64,000 nt of DNA. Source: Haliotis cracherodii (taxonomy: Eukaryota). The first letter of the stretch is position 1. Each line of letters begins with the position of its first letter. Under the pieces are notes generated by a model. The model saw nothing but the letters and a program-made list of their open reading frames with translations, did no database searches and was not told the DNA's origin. Shown one piece after another: positions 26,377 to 39,895 of the stretch. Position numbers and translations under genes: made by a program. The stretch is from contig NW_027266275.1 of assembly GCF_022045235.1 (NCBI RefSeq), forward strand, positions 68,758,001 through 68,822,000. Reading direction: 5' to 3'.

Positions 26377-29300
26377 CAGGACAAAATGTATGAAGGCAAT
26401 CAAAACCAAAATGGATCCTTGAAGAGAAAACAAGAGACCCGTATTGGGTACTCGGACCCAGTATGTACAGAAATGCGGTACCATGCGTCATGTTATAAAC
26501 AGTACTCTAAATGTGTATATAATCTGAACACCTGGCATTAAAGCCTCCAAGAAATTTTGTCCTGAGGTAATTGAGAAAAGTATAAAAAGAACGGCAGTTG
26601 GTGGAAATAAAAGGAAATAACAACCAGAAAAATACTTTCTCTTTCACAAGACATAATTGGTCTTTTCTCTGTGGTGGAAAGCTGATGCGAAAACACTTTG
26701 CTTTAGGTGTGGCCCTAAAGACACATTAAAGGGTGTACCAAAGTACAGTAGCTACTCAACTCGTTAGGACACGGCGTTTCTCAGTTGACTCTTGATACGG
26801 CTTTTACAGCTTGAAACCGATGTTCCCTATGGATTTCGCAGCAATGTGTTCACCACCCTGGTGTGGGTGATAACGCATTATGACATCAACTTCAAGTAAT
26901 GTCAATTCTCCAAACATTTAATGTCAGTGATATTTAACGATATTTTATAATTAATATATAATTATATTCCAGATGAACATTCAAATAAAGTAAGTGAATT
27001 AAATATAAACAAAACAAACAATGTTATGAAGTGTAATAAGATGCAATATTTATTTTTATACATGGTTCATTGAAGCTGGTCAGGTATTTCAAGTACATGT
27101 AAGAGTTAGTAGCCATGATCCCTTTAGTCCGTTCACCTTTTTGCACTGTATATCATGCTTCTCATGATGTGACTGCTTCCTGCTTTTCATGTTAATACAT
27201 AATGTCTCGTTCTATAATCTATACCATACTATTAATAGTCTCTAGTATGCTCACACTTTACACAGGCAGCCAGTGTTCGAATGCCGGGTCGGCACTTTAT
27301 ATTTGGTGTCCTCATTTGGTTGTGATCGCAAGATTGATATACGAGCGAAGAACTGATACACAACCACCACCACTTACATGTACTTCGATAATACTGTCTT
27401 ATGGACTTATGGATTTTTCTGGTCTCTATTTTTACCAAATGTTCCTTATTCATATTGATATCTAGTACTTCACATCACAGAGACGATGAGGTAGCCTAGT
27501 TGTAAAAGTGTTAGTTCGTCATGTCGAACACCCGGGTTTTATTCCCACCTGAGTACAATGCATGAAGCCCATGTTCCGGTGTCCCTTTCGTGATATTGTT
27601 GAAATATAGAAGTGGCGTAAAACCATACTCATTCCTCACTCACTCATATGTTGGAGGAAACTACTAGGTCGACAGAGACCGTGACTGTAAGTGAGATTCA
27701 GTAATGTCCAGCAACAAGACAACTGAGCAGTGCAAGCCAGATGACCATCAAGACACTACGTTAAAATTTTGTAACGTTGGTGAAGCTTTAACCATTCAAA
27801 TGAAGGATAGGTCTGGTATCCATCTGATAATAGTTCTAAGGAATGTAATGTTTCCTTCACTTATTGTCCAATGCTAGGCAACCACTACCACATCATATCC
27901 TGTGCGACACTAGGTCACGATTAACCGTCACTTGTACCATGCAATGAAATGGTTGAACCTTACATGTCTCCTTATTGTCTTTGTCACTGTACATTTACAT
28001 GATCCCCGGTAAAGTTCCCGTGGGTGAAGCGGATATATATGACTGAGCCGTGGAGCAGTGAATATAATTTCAATTAATCAAAAGAGAGTATCAATATTCA
28101 AGAGCACCCATGTGTGGCATAGCATTATAGCACCCATCACGAGTGCTGATGAAACTGACGTACTGTTCAAAGAGGCGTTAACCTAAACTCACTCACTCTT
28201 TCCTGTACAAGCGATAGCTTCGTTCTGTTTATCTTCTTAGGATATTTGTTGAAAATAGTAATCGTAATGGGTTCATTTGCCATTAACTGTTTTATTTCAA
28301 TTTGTTTCAGGAATTAACTGGTGACAACTTATTATGTTCATTTGTCTTGATCCTGTATACATGTGTCTCCTCCTTTAATGGTATAATGTCTGGTTCTGAG
28401 TATTTAGTTCACCGCATAATGGTCTATCCTCAAGTATGAGGATGCGATTGGTTCAGTCGTCTGAGGTGCCGCTATTCGCCGTGCAGAGTTGCGTTCCTTC
28501 GACAAACCAAACCCAACTCACTTCCTCTATCCTCAAAATAGAACGATAATAGAAAAACGTGTTAAAGTAGTTTCATTTGATCATCAGTTGACCAGCCTGG
28601 ACCAATTTCTTTGCGTTCTTGACTGTCGAGAGTCTATGTTATGTATGGTGTGATAAATGGCGTTCCACTAGGATTCGATTGCTAAATAATTTTCACGTGC
28701 CTATTATATGACACAGGTTCAACAAATGATCTCCATATCTCACATAAACGTCCAAGCAACAACAGTACTCTGGTCAAATGCAAAGTTTTATTGACAATGT
28801 TTTACAGGTGAAGTTGTTCGTGGGCGATGAAGGATCGAGAGGCAGCATTGTCAGCATCTGCAATACCAAAAATACACACTGAAGTTAACCGTGTCATGTG
28901 TAATAATGTAAGAATATTTCATATCATGACTAGTCATCAGGAAAGTGGACAGAGCATCCGTCCGGTGAGCAGAAGACAGTTGGTCCAGAGTAAGTATTTC
29001 TCCCAATCAACCTATGCTGGTCGTTAGAGGCGATTTAATGGGTCGAGTGGCCAGGCTCGGTAATTTGGCTGATTGTGTGTCTGGTTCAGACAGGCCTTCA
29101 TATAGCTGGAATAGTGCTGATTGTGGCGTTGAAGTAAACGAAACAAACAGTCAATAGTTCCAACCGAAACTTGTTCCTCAGACAGTGGTGTAACTATTGC
29201 GTAGACAGAAGGAAAACCTCCGTGGTGTATTGGACAGGGCGTCTGCCCGAGGCGCCATTAAAATTACTGTGGAGTAAATTTGTCCTGATTTGTAAACGTA

Positions 29301-29727
29301 GTTAATTTTTGTAATTCATTTGTTGATTGTATACAAAATGCTGGTTCTTTGTTGGTTTCACACAAAGTTCTTTTACGTTCAGATTTCTGGATTAACATAC
29401 AATTTCAATTTGGGAATCAACACGAAACAGTACATAATTTCAATTTGTAAAAGGAGAATAGCAATGTTCAAAAGCACCCGTGTGTGCTTTAGCGCAACAT
29501 CAACCATCAACAAGCACTGGCCGGCTTGGTGTCTGAGTATAATTGTGTCAGAGTGGGGTTTCTATGTGAAACTGCGACATGGCACCTCAGTGAGCAAGCA
29601 CTATAAAGTCCGGACAAGAACAAGCCGCCACATGGAGTGCAATAATCTTGAACGCGATGTTAAAACTCATCCCGCCTCACTTCACCTTACCTCGCCTATA
29701 TCACGGTCAATACAACTCACCTTACAA

Positions 29728-32491
29728 CTAGTTGGCACCACACATACCAAGTCGGTTGCATGACGTTTTAACATTCTGTAATAAAAAAATGTTCCATTCT
29801 TTTACATTTTTTAAATTAAATAAACAGTAGTCTTTTAACTCTAACTATCCAGGTTTTATACTTCATTCTGATCATACATATTGATAAGTGTCCTTAATGG
29901 ATATGTGTAAAGAAATCGACATATATGGCTGTAAAGTGTAAGTTTATGTATATATCAAAACAATGAGTATCTCACTTATACATCCAACATTTACTTACCA
30001 CCAAATCTAGTAGCTCGATTTCCATTTCGATTGCTGCATCTAGAAAGTCAGCACACTGAAACAGAGTACACAGAATGCTCAAACATAATTAGATGAATGT
30101 GAAATTGTATACATACACACATTATATAATGATATAAGAATATATATCATGACTGATTATGAAATTAACTGTAACACAATATGAGGGGGGATCAGATGGT
30201 CAGGCTAGCTGACTTGGATGGTGCACGTCATTGTATCCGATACTCATGGTGTCAATCACATGGATTGTCTAGGACTACAATAAGGAAAGAACTACTGAAT
30301 TTATATCATAATCAGAAAACTGAACAATGATTGGATAACTATATACACACCTGTTCCTGGCGGTCTTCGCTCAGCTTTTCACAGAACATGGTTTCGATCA
30401 GTTCATTTACAGAGGCCTGTAAAAGAAAAGTTTTTAACTACACGTAGTCATGATTTTATGATTGCATTACATCAACGTGTACGATTTGTTAATTTAACTT
30501 AAAACAAGATGGTAAATAGTTTATGTATTTGGGGAAATAATGCAAATGTGCCAGACCAACATAGGAGTGATTAAACCTTCTCAATATTTGTCACTCACAA
30601 CAGTGTCCATTTGCCTTTCTTTGACATCTTTGAGAAAGTTCTTGCAGTCCTTGCATCGCCCTCTCCCTTGAACCTACGAAACATGAAATGACAAATTGAA
30701 TGCATCATTATGCCTACAGTTTTTAAACTTTCGATTGTAACCAATGTAACAATAATATTGCAGCACAATAAGTGTGACGAAAGACGAACCTACTTTCTAA
30801 CCCAGTAAATTGTACAAATCATGAACACGTTAAGACATTCATTTGATTGTGATTAAGTTTGATGAGTTATACTCACTAAACCTGTTGACTAGAGGACTAG
30901 TACTAAGTATTAATCTTGCCTTGTTTGTAGGTGTGTTCATGTTGGCGGTATCAAGCGACGGGCAGTACTTGGTGGCTTTACAGATGGCTTCAGGGCTCTG
31001 TGAAGGTGAACACAATTACATGATATGTTGTAAAACCCAATCCTTTTGCTTACTCGCAGTGTACAATAATAATTATAGAGTTAAAGGGTAAAATCATAGT
31101 GCAATCCTCATCATTTTGTGTAACTCAGTGAAATCATAGTAAAGGTTATTATTCTGGTAAAGGAAATGTAAGCTGAAATGCTGATATAGAGTTTTCCATC
31201 TCCTTCCCTGGGTATCTAAATTCCATCTGATTGGTACATTCTTGAACTTTTTGCATCAATCACCTTTTTCATGATGTCAGTATATGCAGATGTAAGCTGA
31301 CGCAATCTTGTGCTTCATGATTAGTCCATTGATTGGAGCAGGATTTCGGATGATGTAAAAGTTAACAGTTACCTGACTGTTGACTTTGTCCTTCTTCTTC
31401 TGGCATATTTTCTGCACTTTTGTCTTACACTGCAAATAGGCGTTTTACATTGTTAGCCTCAAGAATACTATTTTATCTAATTCACAGCGTCAAGGATCAA
31501 CACAGTTTGCTATGAATATAGATTATTGTACATTTTTAATTATCTACCTTGTGATATATTCAGTACATAGCTCTTTGCAATGAAACTTCTGATCTTGTTG
31601 TTTATGAAATCCGTTTTGTTTACTATTGAGAACTATTATTTATCTCACCTCTTCCACCTTGCTGGGTTCCATTGAAGAACAGACGTTGTTCATTTTTGCT
31701 TCCTGTTCTTCCTGAAACACATGTTATATAAAAACTCAGTACAATAGATCTGGAGAATAGACATGAGTGTATTTGTGACATGTTTACCTCCCTACGTTCT
31801 TGAGTAGACTTACCTCTAAATATATATGTAGTAATAGATCCATTTGTGTAGTAGATAGAATACTGATAAATATATGAGAGTAGGGTTCAGTACAATATTC
31901 TACCAAAGAGTGGACAGATGCCATTTATTTTGGGAAATTGGAAAATACAGATGTAGATTCCGAAACGAACACTTGGTTGACTGGTCCCATTACTTTAAGT
32001 ATTATATTGAGGGTAGGGCTATAAACCATTAGTGTATAATCAAAAAAGATAATGTTCTTAACATGTACGTATATGTTAGTGGGCACGTTTGGAAATAGCA
32101 CGATTTTTACGAACCATCATGTGTTATAGTCGGTATTATTTACGTACAATCGATTCGAGTTCCATCTCCTGGCGATCAGTAATGAAAGCGATGCAATCAG
32201 CGCACTCATCATTTCCATCCTGTATCGACAGGGCCATAGCTGAAAACATGTCAATATAAAACGTCAACGCGTCAACTTTTGTAAAAAAAAATTAATGTAA
32301 ATATGTTTAGATTCGAACACATCAGAAAAAGAATTAATGCATATAATTGGATTTCCGTAAATATCATATGGCTGCGCCTTAGCCACGACCATGGTATCTA
32401 CTGAGAAGTGGATAGTAAGAAGGCATGGCCATTTAAAACACTCACCTTGGCTTGCTACAACAGCGACTACAAATGCGAAAAAAGTCTTCAT
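29728..32491 (-). CDS. Saposin-like protein, copy 4 (intact)
   Basis: Exons 32491-32446, 32239-32148, 31711-31649, 31429-31373, 30997-30920, 30673-30599, 30416-30351, 30055-29999, 29775-29728; frame open, splice sites conserved. Confidence 0.88.
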
Positions 32492-32923
32492 TGTCCTTGA
32501 AGCTGAGAAATTCAACTGTTGTGATGTGTTTAAATGTAAAGCTTTATATATGTTCCGATTCTTCATAGTTGGTGACTTCGCCAATCACAGCGCACAGTAG
32601 AATGGCTCTAATTAACAGCAAACTAATTCAATGAGACGATTCAGACAGATGTCCTGTTCTTAACGAATATTCTCTGTTTGAAACCTACACATGTTGAAAC
32701 AATAATTGTCGCGTTCTTAATAAAATAACCTGTTTTGATATCTCTCTCGATTAGATCTCTTTGCCACCTACTGTTGACCATGGTGATACACTCTACAATC
32801 AATTGACATGATGAAAGAACTCAAGAGTCGTAACTAGTCAACAGCTGACTGAATTTGTTTTGCATCTACATGATTACTAAACTATGTTAATTAGCTGACA
32901 TTGCCAATTCTACAAAAGTCAGT

Positions 32924-33091
32924 GGGGCGGTGAGATAGCCTAGTTGATAAAGCGTTCGCTCGTCACGCCGAAGACCCGGGATCCATTCCTCACATGGATG
33001 AAGTCCATTTCTGGTGTCCCCCGCCGTGATATTGCTTGAATATTGCTAAAAGCGGCGTCAAACCAAATTCACTCACTCTCTCACTCACTCT
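32924..33091 (+). mobile_element. tRNA-derived SINE
   Basis: Same insertion as 3120. Confidence 0.8.
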
Positions 33092-34626
33092 CCAAAAGTC
33101 AGGTGATAAACAGAAACGTCTTTCCTATAAACGCTTGCATGTATTCTTCTTGAGAATTTGTCAAGAGATCTAAACTTTCAGGCAAAAGAAAGCGTAAACA
33201 CTTTTCTTATTGTTGCTAAAATTGAAAAAAAAAAAAAATGATTATTCGATGGTGATGTATTTCATAGATTTATACCTTAAGTTTTGCAGTGTTTCGGCGA
33301 CTGTTTTCAGCTTAGTGACCTTTTGACAACGTTTGTCAAAATCCCTTGTCAAGTGTATACTTTCTTTATCCGACAGTTTATACAAATACAGTCAATACAA
33401 TGGTGGTCGTTCTTAGTATCTGTAAGATTATAAATTTCTGTAATATATGACATGGAGGGAGATATGGGTGCAGTCGCCTATTGTTCCGTAATTGGCAGTG
33501 AAGAGTTACGCCCCTTACGGAAGCCAGCATCCGATGATCATGAGTACGAACGTTTTCAATTTGATAATTTTGTCTTTAGATTTGTATTTGAACCAAACAA
33601 AGAATTTGTAGTAATTATACTCATGCGATATACAAGATTTTATCAAACAGCATAATGTACGCACACTGCATTCAAAAGAGTGATCTTATTTATTCAACCG
33701 ATAACTCTTTGTGTGGTGAACCTATTATTCTGGATGGGTAGATAACGAGAACCGAGTTGATTAGATTGTAAATGATATGTGAAACACGTCATACTGATGT
33801 ATGGAAGGCGTTTGAATTGTTCATTTATCAACTTTACTTTCCAGTTTCACACCTGATTAATTACCACATAAGTGAGTGTTTAGTTTCCATTGCCTTAACA
33901 ATTCAGTTGCATGTAATCATTTGTGTTTTAATTAATTCCAAATAGACCTGGCAGTTTGTGTATTATGGTTTGATGTGTTTTATCTAGGTGGGTTCTGTAT
34001 TTGTTGTTTCTGAATTGTTTATGCCAGTACATTTTTAGTAGATTTTATTTTATTTTATTGATTAGGAAGCAATCGGCAACATTCGAACTATATTCTGGTG
34101 ACATACACATTATAGTTTCGCCTGGGAACGGCGTCTTATACCTTCTTCGTATAATCAAAGTCTTACACCGTCCAAGTACGACATGTTGATGGAGAGGCAG
34201 ATGTGTTTACCTGTGAACCATCCCCTCAACATGGAGATACAGATGTATCAGCCTCTTAACCATCCCTTAAAATGACGAGGATTGTTCTTAGATCCAAAAT
34301 AACTCAGGACAAAAAGTATGAAGGCGATCAAATCATATACTTTCTGAGGAGTGTGTCATCATTAAAAAGACTAAAGTTATTGTTGATGAAACATCCTTGA
34401 AGACAAAACAAGAGACCCTTATCAGATGTGATACAAATGCTAACAAATCCTTACAGGATGCACGACTGAAAGGAGATGACCAGATTTTATTACAGATTGG
34501 GAACTCGGACCCAGCATGTACAGAAGCGCGGTACCATGCGTCATGTTATAAAACAGTACTCTAAATGTGTATATAATCTGAATTCCTCGCATGAAAGCCT
34601 CCAAGAAACTTTGTGCAGAGGTAATT

Positions 34627-36325
34627 AAAAGTATATAGGAGAGTTACAAGGTATAATATTAAAGATAATTACATGAAAATTATTACATTGTCAGAGAATA
34701 CCACCATATACCACTGTGGTAACGGATTTTGTTAGTAAATTCCGTCCATATAATGAAAGCGGTATAGTCCTCGAATTTCACTTCGTGAGTAAGAGCGACT
34801 GGTATCTGGATCTGTATCCAGTTCTGTTCAACGCTGATGTCAACGGGACCTATACACACAATGTCACACCATAAGTTCTCTCTTATTGTTCTCTTACTCA
34901 CACAGTGGCACCGTACGTGAGTCAGTAAGTCATGGTAGTTGATACCACACTGTGAACAGATACCATGTAATTTCCCCGGTCTCCACATCGCACAAATGTG
35001 GACAGGAAAACAGGCAGCTGCCTTTAGCTCAGGACACTCTCGAGCTATCCTCCTCGCCACGTGTGGGGTCACATCCGGATGAATACTCTCAAAGTTCACA
35101 GTGTAAGTTTCTGATGAAAGTCTTTCCCCGCCATGCTGGTACTTCAAAAGTATTCACGGCTTCTTTGACTGTCCTTTTCCATTTCTTCCGCTCCAGGGAT
35201 GTACTGGAACTAAGAAATGCCTCCAGGTGACAGGATAATGAATACTTGTAGAGAATGCGACATATGTCTGGGACAAAGCCCATACTTGTGGATGAACACT
35301 TATGTATATACATGGAGATACGAGTCATAAAAACCTTCTTAGAAAGCAGATGATTAGAACAATGAGAGAGGTGGCCAAGAAAGAATAGTTTCCTGATGTT
35401 GATAAGTGATTCTATGGGGAGCCAGCCGGGAAGAGCATTAACTATGTCAGTTCTTGATAACGGAAACCAGTATGATCTTGTGTTATTAACAAGGACGCTG
35501 CTCTCGATGAACTTGTAGCTATTGTCAAATATCCCCCACAGTGCATCTGGGATTCCAAGATGATACAGCTTGTATAAAAGTCCTTGGTGTCATACTGTGT
35601 CAAACGCTTTTGAACTGTCTAGGAAGGCTAAGTTGATGGCGTCCGATCGTTCTTTATAGTGAAGTATTGATTCTTGTACAATAAAGGAGGTGTCACTGGA
35701 GGAAAGCTCTTTCTGGAAACCACGTTGTTGTATACATGGAAAGGATTTACTGTTGGTGAGCTGTTGGATTCTACTACTTACAATGACTTCAAATACCTTG
35801 TATATATACCGGCAATAGGGTTACCCCTCGATAGGAATCCGGTAACACGCGAGACATGTTGCCTCCTTTGAATACCGGTATGATAGTGCCTCTTTTCCAT
35901 TGGGCAGGAATGTATCCAGATGTAATAACGAGGTTAAAGAGTTCTGACAAGCACTTTGTAAGGTATTTTCCACCATATCGAAGATGTTCATAAAAGATGT
36001 TGTCCATACCAGCAGCCTTGTTGCGTTTTGGGGTTTTGCAAATTGACGTTTTTTTCCCTGGACTTGTTAGAAGACCAACTGATGACTGGTCAGTGCCCTG
36101 TATGTCCAAACGTATCCTTTCTACGTGTGCCTCAATGTGCTTCCTAAACTCTTGATCAAAGTGAAGCTCATCTTGGTCGCTTGGTACCTGTTTCATATGG
36201 TTTGGCATGATGGTACAGATTTCTTGGGCATTTCTTGTTTGCACACCTTCTGCTTCAAGGCATGCAATTGGTTCCCACGTCGAATTAAAATCCAAAACAT
36301 CTTCTGATCTAGATCACAAAATGGA
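34627..36325 (-). mobile_element. Degenerate LINE with a different internal deletion (QADD region lost)
   Basis: ORF 35789-36295 carries N-terminal RT motifs; deletion junction near 35450. Confidence 0.85.
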
Positions 36326-39300
36326 CAGGACAAAATGTATGAAGGCGATCAAAACAAAAATGGATCCTTGAAGAGAAAACAAGAGACCCGTATTGGGTAC
36401 TCGGACCGAGTATGTACAGAAATGCGGTACCATGCGTCATGTTATAAACACCTCGCATGAAAGCCTCCAAGAAATTTTGTCCTGAGGTAATTGAGAAAAG
36501 TATTAAAAGAACGGCAGTTGGTGGAAATAAAAGGAAATAACAACCAGAAAAATACTTTCTCTTTCACAAGACATAATTGGTCTTTTCTCTGTGGTGGAAA
36601 GCTGATGCAAAAACACTTTGCTTTAGGTGTGGCCCTAAAGACACATTAAAAGGTTTACCAAATTACAGTAGCTACTCAACTCGTTAGGACACGGCGTTTC
36701 CTACTCGGTGACTCTTCATACGGCTTTGATGACAAAACAAAATTACAGCATGAAACCGATGTTCCCTATGGATTTCGCAGCAATGTGTTCACCACCCTGG
36801 TGTGGGATAACATCGATTTGGGTGATAACGCATTATGACATCAACTTCAGGTAATGTCAATTCTCCAAACATTTAATGTCAGTGATATTTTACGATATTT
36901 TATGATTAATATATAATGATATTCCAGATGAACATTCAAATAAAGTAAGTGAATTAAAAATAAACAAAACAAACAATGTTATGAAGTGTAATAAGATGCA
37001 ATATTTATTTTTATACATGGTTCATTGAAGCTGGTCAGGTATTTCAAGTACTTGTAAGAGTTAGTAGCCATGATCCCTTTAGTCCTTTCACCTTTTTGCA
37101 CAGTATATCATGCTTCTCATGGTGTCACTGCTTTCATAATGTCTCGTTCTATAATCTATACCATACTATACTATAATAGTATCCAGTATGCTCACTCTTT
37201 ACGCAGGCAGCCAGTGTTCGAATGCCGGGTCGGCACTTTATATTTGGTGTCCTCATTTGGTTGTGATCTCAAGATTGATATACGACCGAAGAACTGATAC
37301 ACAACCGCCACCAGTTACTTCGATAATACTGTCTTATGGACTTATGGATTTTTCTGGTCTCTATTTTAACCAAATGTTCCTTATTTATATTGATATCTAG
37401 TACTTCACATCACAGGGACGATGAGGTAGCCTGGTTGTAAAAGTGTTAGTTCGTCATAGCGAACACCCGGGTTTTATTCCCACCTGAGTACAATGCATGA
37501 AACCCATGTTCCGGTGTCCCTTTCGTGATATTGTTGAAATATAAAAGTGGCGTAAAACCATACTCATTCCTCACTCACTCATATGTTGGAGGAAACTACT
37601 AGGTCGGCAGAGTCCGTGACTGTAAGTGAGATTCAGTAATGTCCAGCAACAAGACAACTGAGCAGTGCAAGCCAGATGACCACCAAGACACTACGAGTAC
37701 ATCATTATCAGTGCCTGACAAGATGAATACCAGACCAACTGTACTACAGCAGGAATGTGAAGAGACTGAAAGGAGATGTTCCAAGAGAGTCACCAGACCA
37801 CTAGTTAGACTGAATCTCTTACCTTGTGAGACAAGAGCACTTTGTGCCCCGTGAAAGGTCATGCTCATTGCAGAGACTTTAAAATTAAAGTTTATTCAAA
37901 TATTTCAAGTTGATAAGTTCTGAGTTAAAAGTTTGTAACGTTGGTGAAGCTTTAACCATTCAAATGAAGGATAGGTCTGGTATCCATCTGATAATAGTTC
38001 TAAGGAATGTAATGTTTCCTTCACTTATTGTCCAATGCTAGGCAACCATGCACTACCACATCATATCCCGTGCGACACTAGGTCACGATTACCCGTCACT
38101 TGTACCATGCAAAGAAATGGTTGAACCTTACATGTCTCCTTATTGTCTTTGTCACTGTACATTTACATGATCCCCGGTAAAGTGCCCGTGTGTGAAGCGG
38201 ATATATATGACTGAGCCGTGGAGCAGTGAATATAATTTCAATTAATCAAAAGAGAGTATCAATATTCAAGAGCACCCATGTGTGTCATAGCATTATATCA
38301 CCCGTCACGAGTGCTGATGAAACTGACATACTGTTCAAAGAGGCGTTAACCTAAACTCAGTCACTCTTTGCTGTACAAGCGATAGCTTCGTTCTGTTTAT
38401 CTTCTTAGGATATCTGTTGAAAATAGTAATCGTAATGGGTTCATTTGCCAATAACTGTTTTATTTCAATTTGTTTCAGGAATTAACTGGTGACAACTTAT
38501 CATGTTCATTTGTCTTGATCCTGTATACATGTGTCTCCTCCTTTAATCGTATAATGTCTGGTTCTGGGTATTTAGTTCACCGCATAATGGTCTATCCTCA
38601 AGTATGAGGATGCGATTGGTTCAGTCGTCTGAGGTGCCGCTATTTGCTGTGCAGAGTTGCGTTCCTTGGACAAACCAAACCCAACTCACTTCCTCTATCC
38701 TCAAAATAGAACGATAATAGAAAAACGTGTTAAAGTAGTTTCATTTGATCATCAGTTGACCAGCCTGGACCAATTTCTTTGCGTTCTTGACTGTCGAGAT
38801 TCTATGTTGTGTATGGTGTGATAAATTATGGCGTTCCACTAGGATTCGATTGCTAAATAATTTCCACGTGCCTATTATATGACACAGGTTCAACAAATGA
38901 TCTCCAAATCTCACATAAACGTCCAAGCAACAACAGTACTCTGGTCAAATGCAAAGTTTTATTGACAATGTTTTACAGGTGAAGTTGTTCGTGGGCGATG
39001 AAGGATCGAGAGGCAGCATTGTCAGCATCTGCAATACCAAAAATACACACTGAAGTTAACCGTGTCATGTGTAATAATGTAAGAATATTTCATATCATGA
39101 CTAGTCATCAGGAAAGTGGACAGAGCATCCGTCCGGTGAGCAGAAGACAGTTGGTCCAGAGTAAGTATTTCTCCCAATCAACCTATGCTGGTCGTTAGAG
39201 GCAACTTAATGGGCCGAGTGGCCAGGCTCGGTAATTTGGCTAATTGCGTGTCTGGTTCAGACAGGCCTTCATATAGCTGGAATAGTGCTGATTGTGGCGT

Positions 39301-39895
39301 TGAAGTAAACGAAACAAACAGTCAATAGTTCCAACCAAAACTTGTTCCTCAGACAGCGCTGTAACTATTGCGTAGACAGAAGGAAAACCTCCGTGGTGTA
39401 TTGGACAGGGCGTCTGCCCGAGGCGCCATTGTAATTATTGTGGAGTAATTTGTCCTGATTTGTAAACGTAGTTAATTTTTGTAATTCATTTGTTGATTGT
39501 ATACAACATGCTGGTTGTTTGTTGGTTCAACACGAAGTTCTTTTACATTTAGATTTTTGGATTAACATACTTTTTCAATTTGGGAACCAACACGAAACAG
39601 TACATAATTTCAATTTGTAAAAGGAGAGTAGCAATGTTCAAAAGCACCCGTGTGTGCTTTAGCGCAACATCAACCATCAACAAGCACTGGCCGGCTCGGT
39701 GTCTGAGTACAATGTGTCAGAGTGGGTTTCAATGTGAATCTGCGACATGGCACCTCAGTGAGCAAGCACTATAAAGTCCGGACAAGAACAAGCCGCCACA
39801 TGGAGTGCAATAATCTTGAACGCGATGTTAAAACTCATCCCGCCTCACTTCACCTTACCTCGCCTATATCACGTTCAATACAACTCACCTTACAA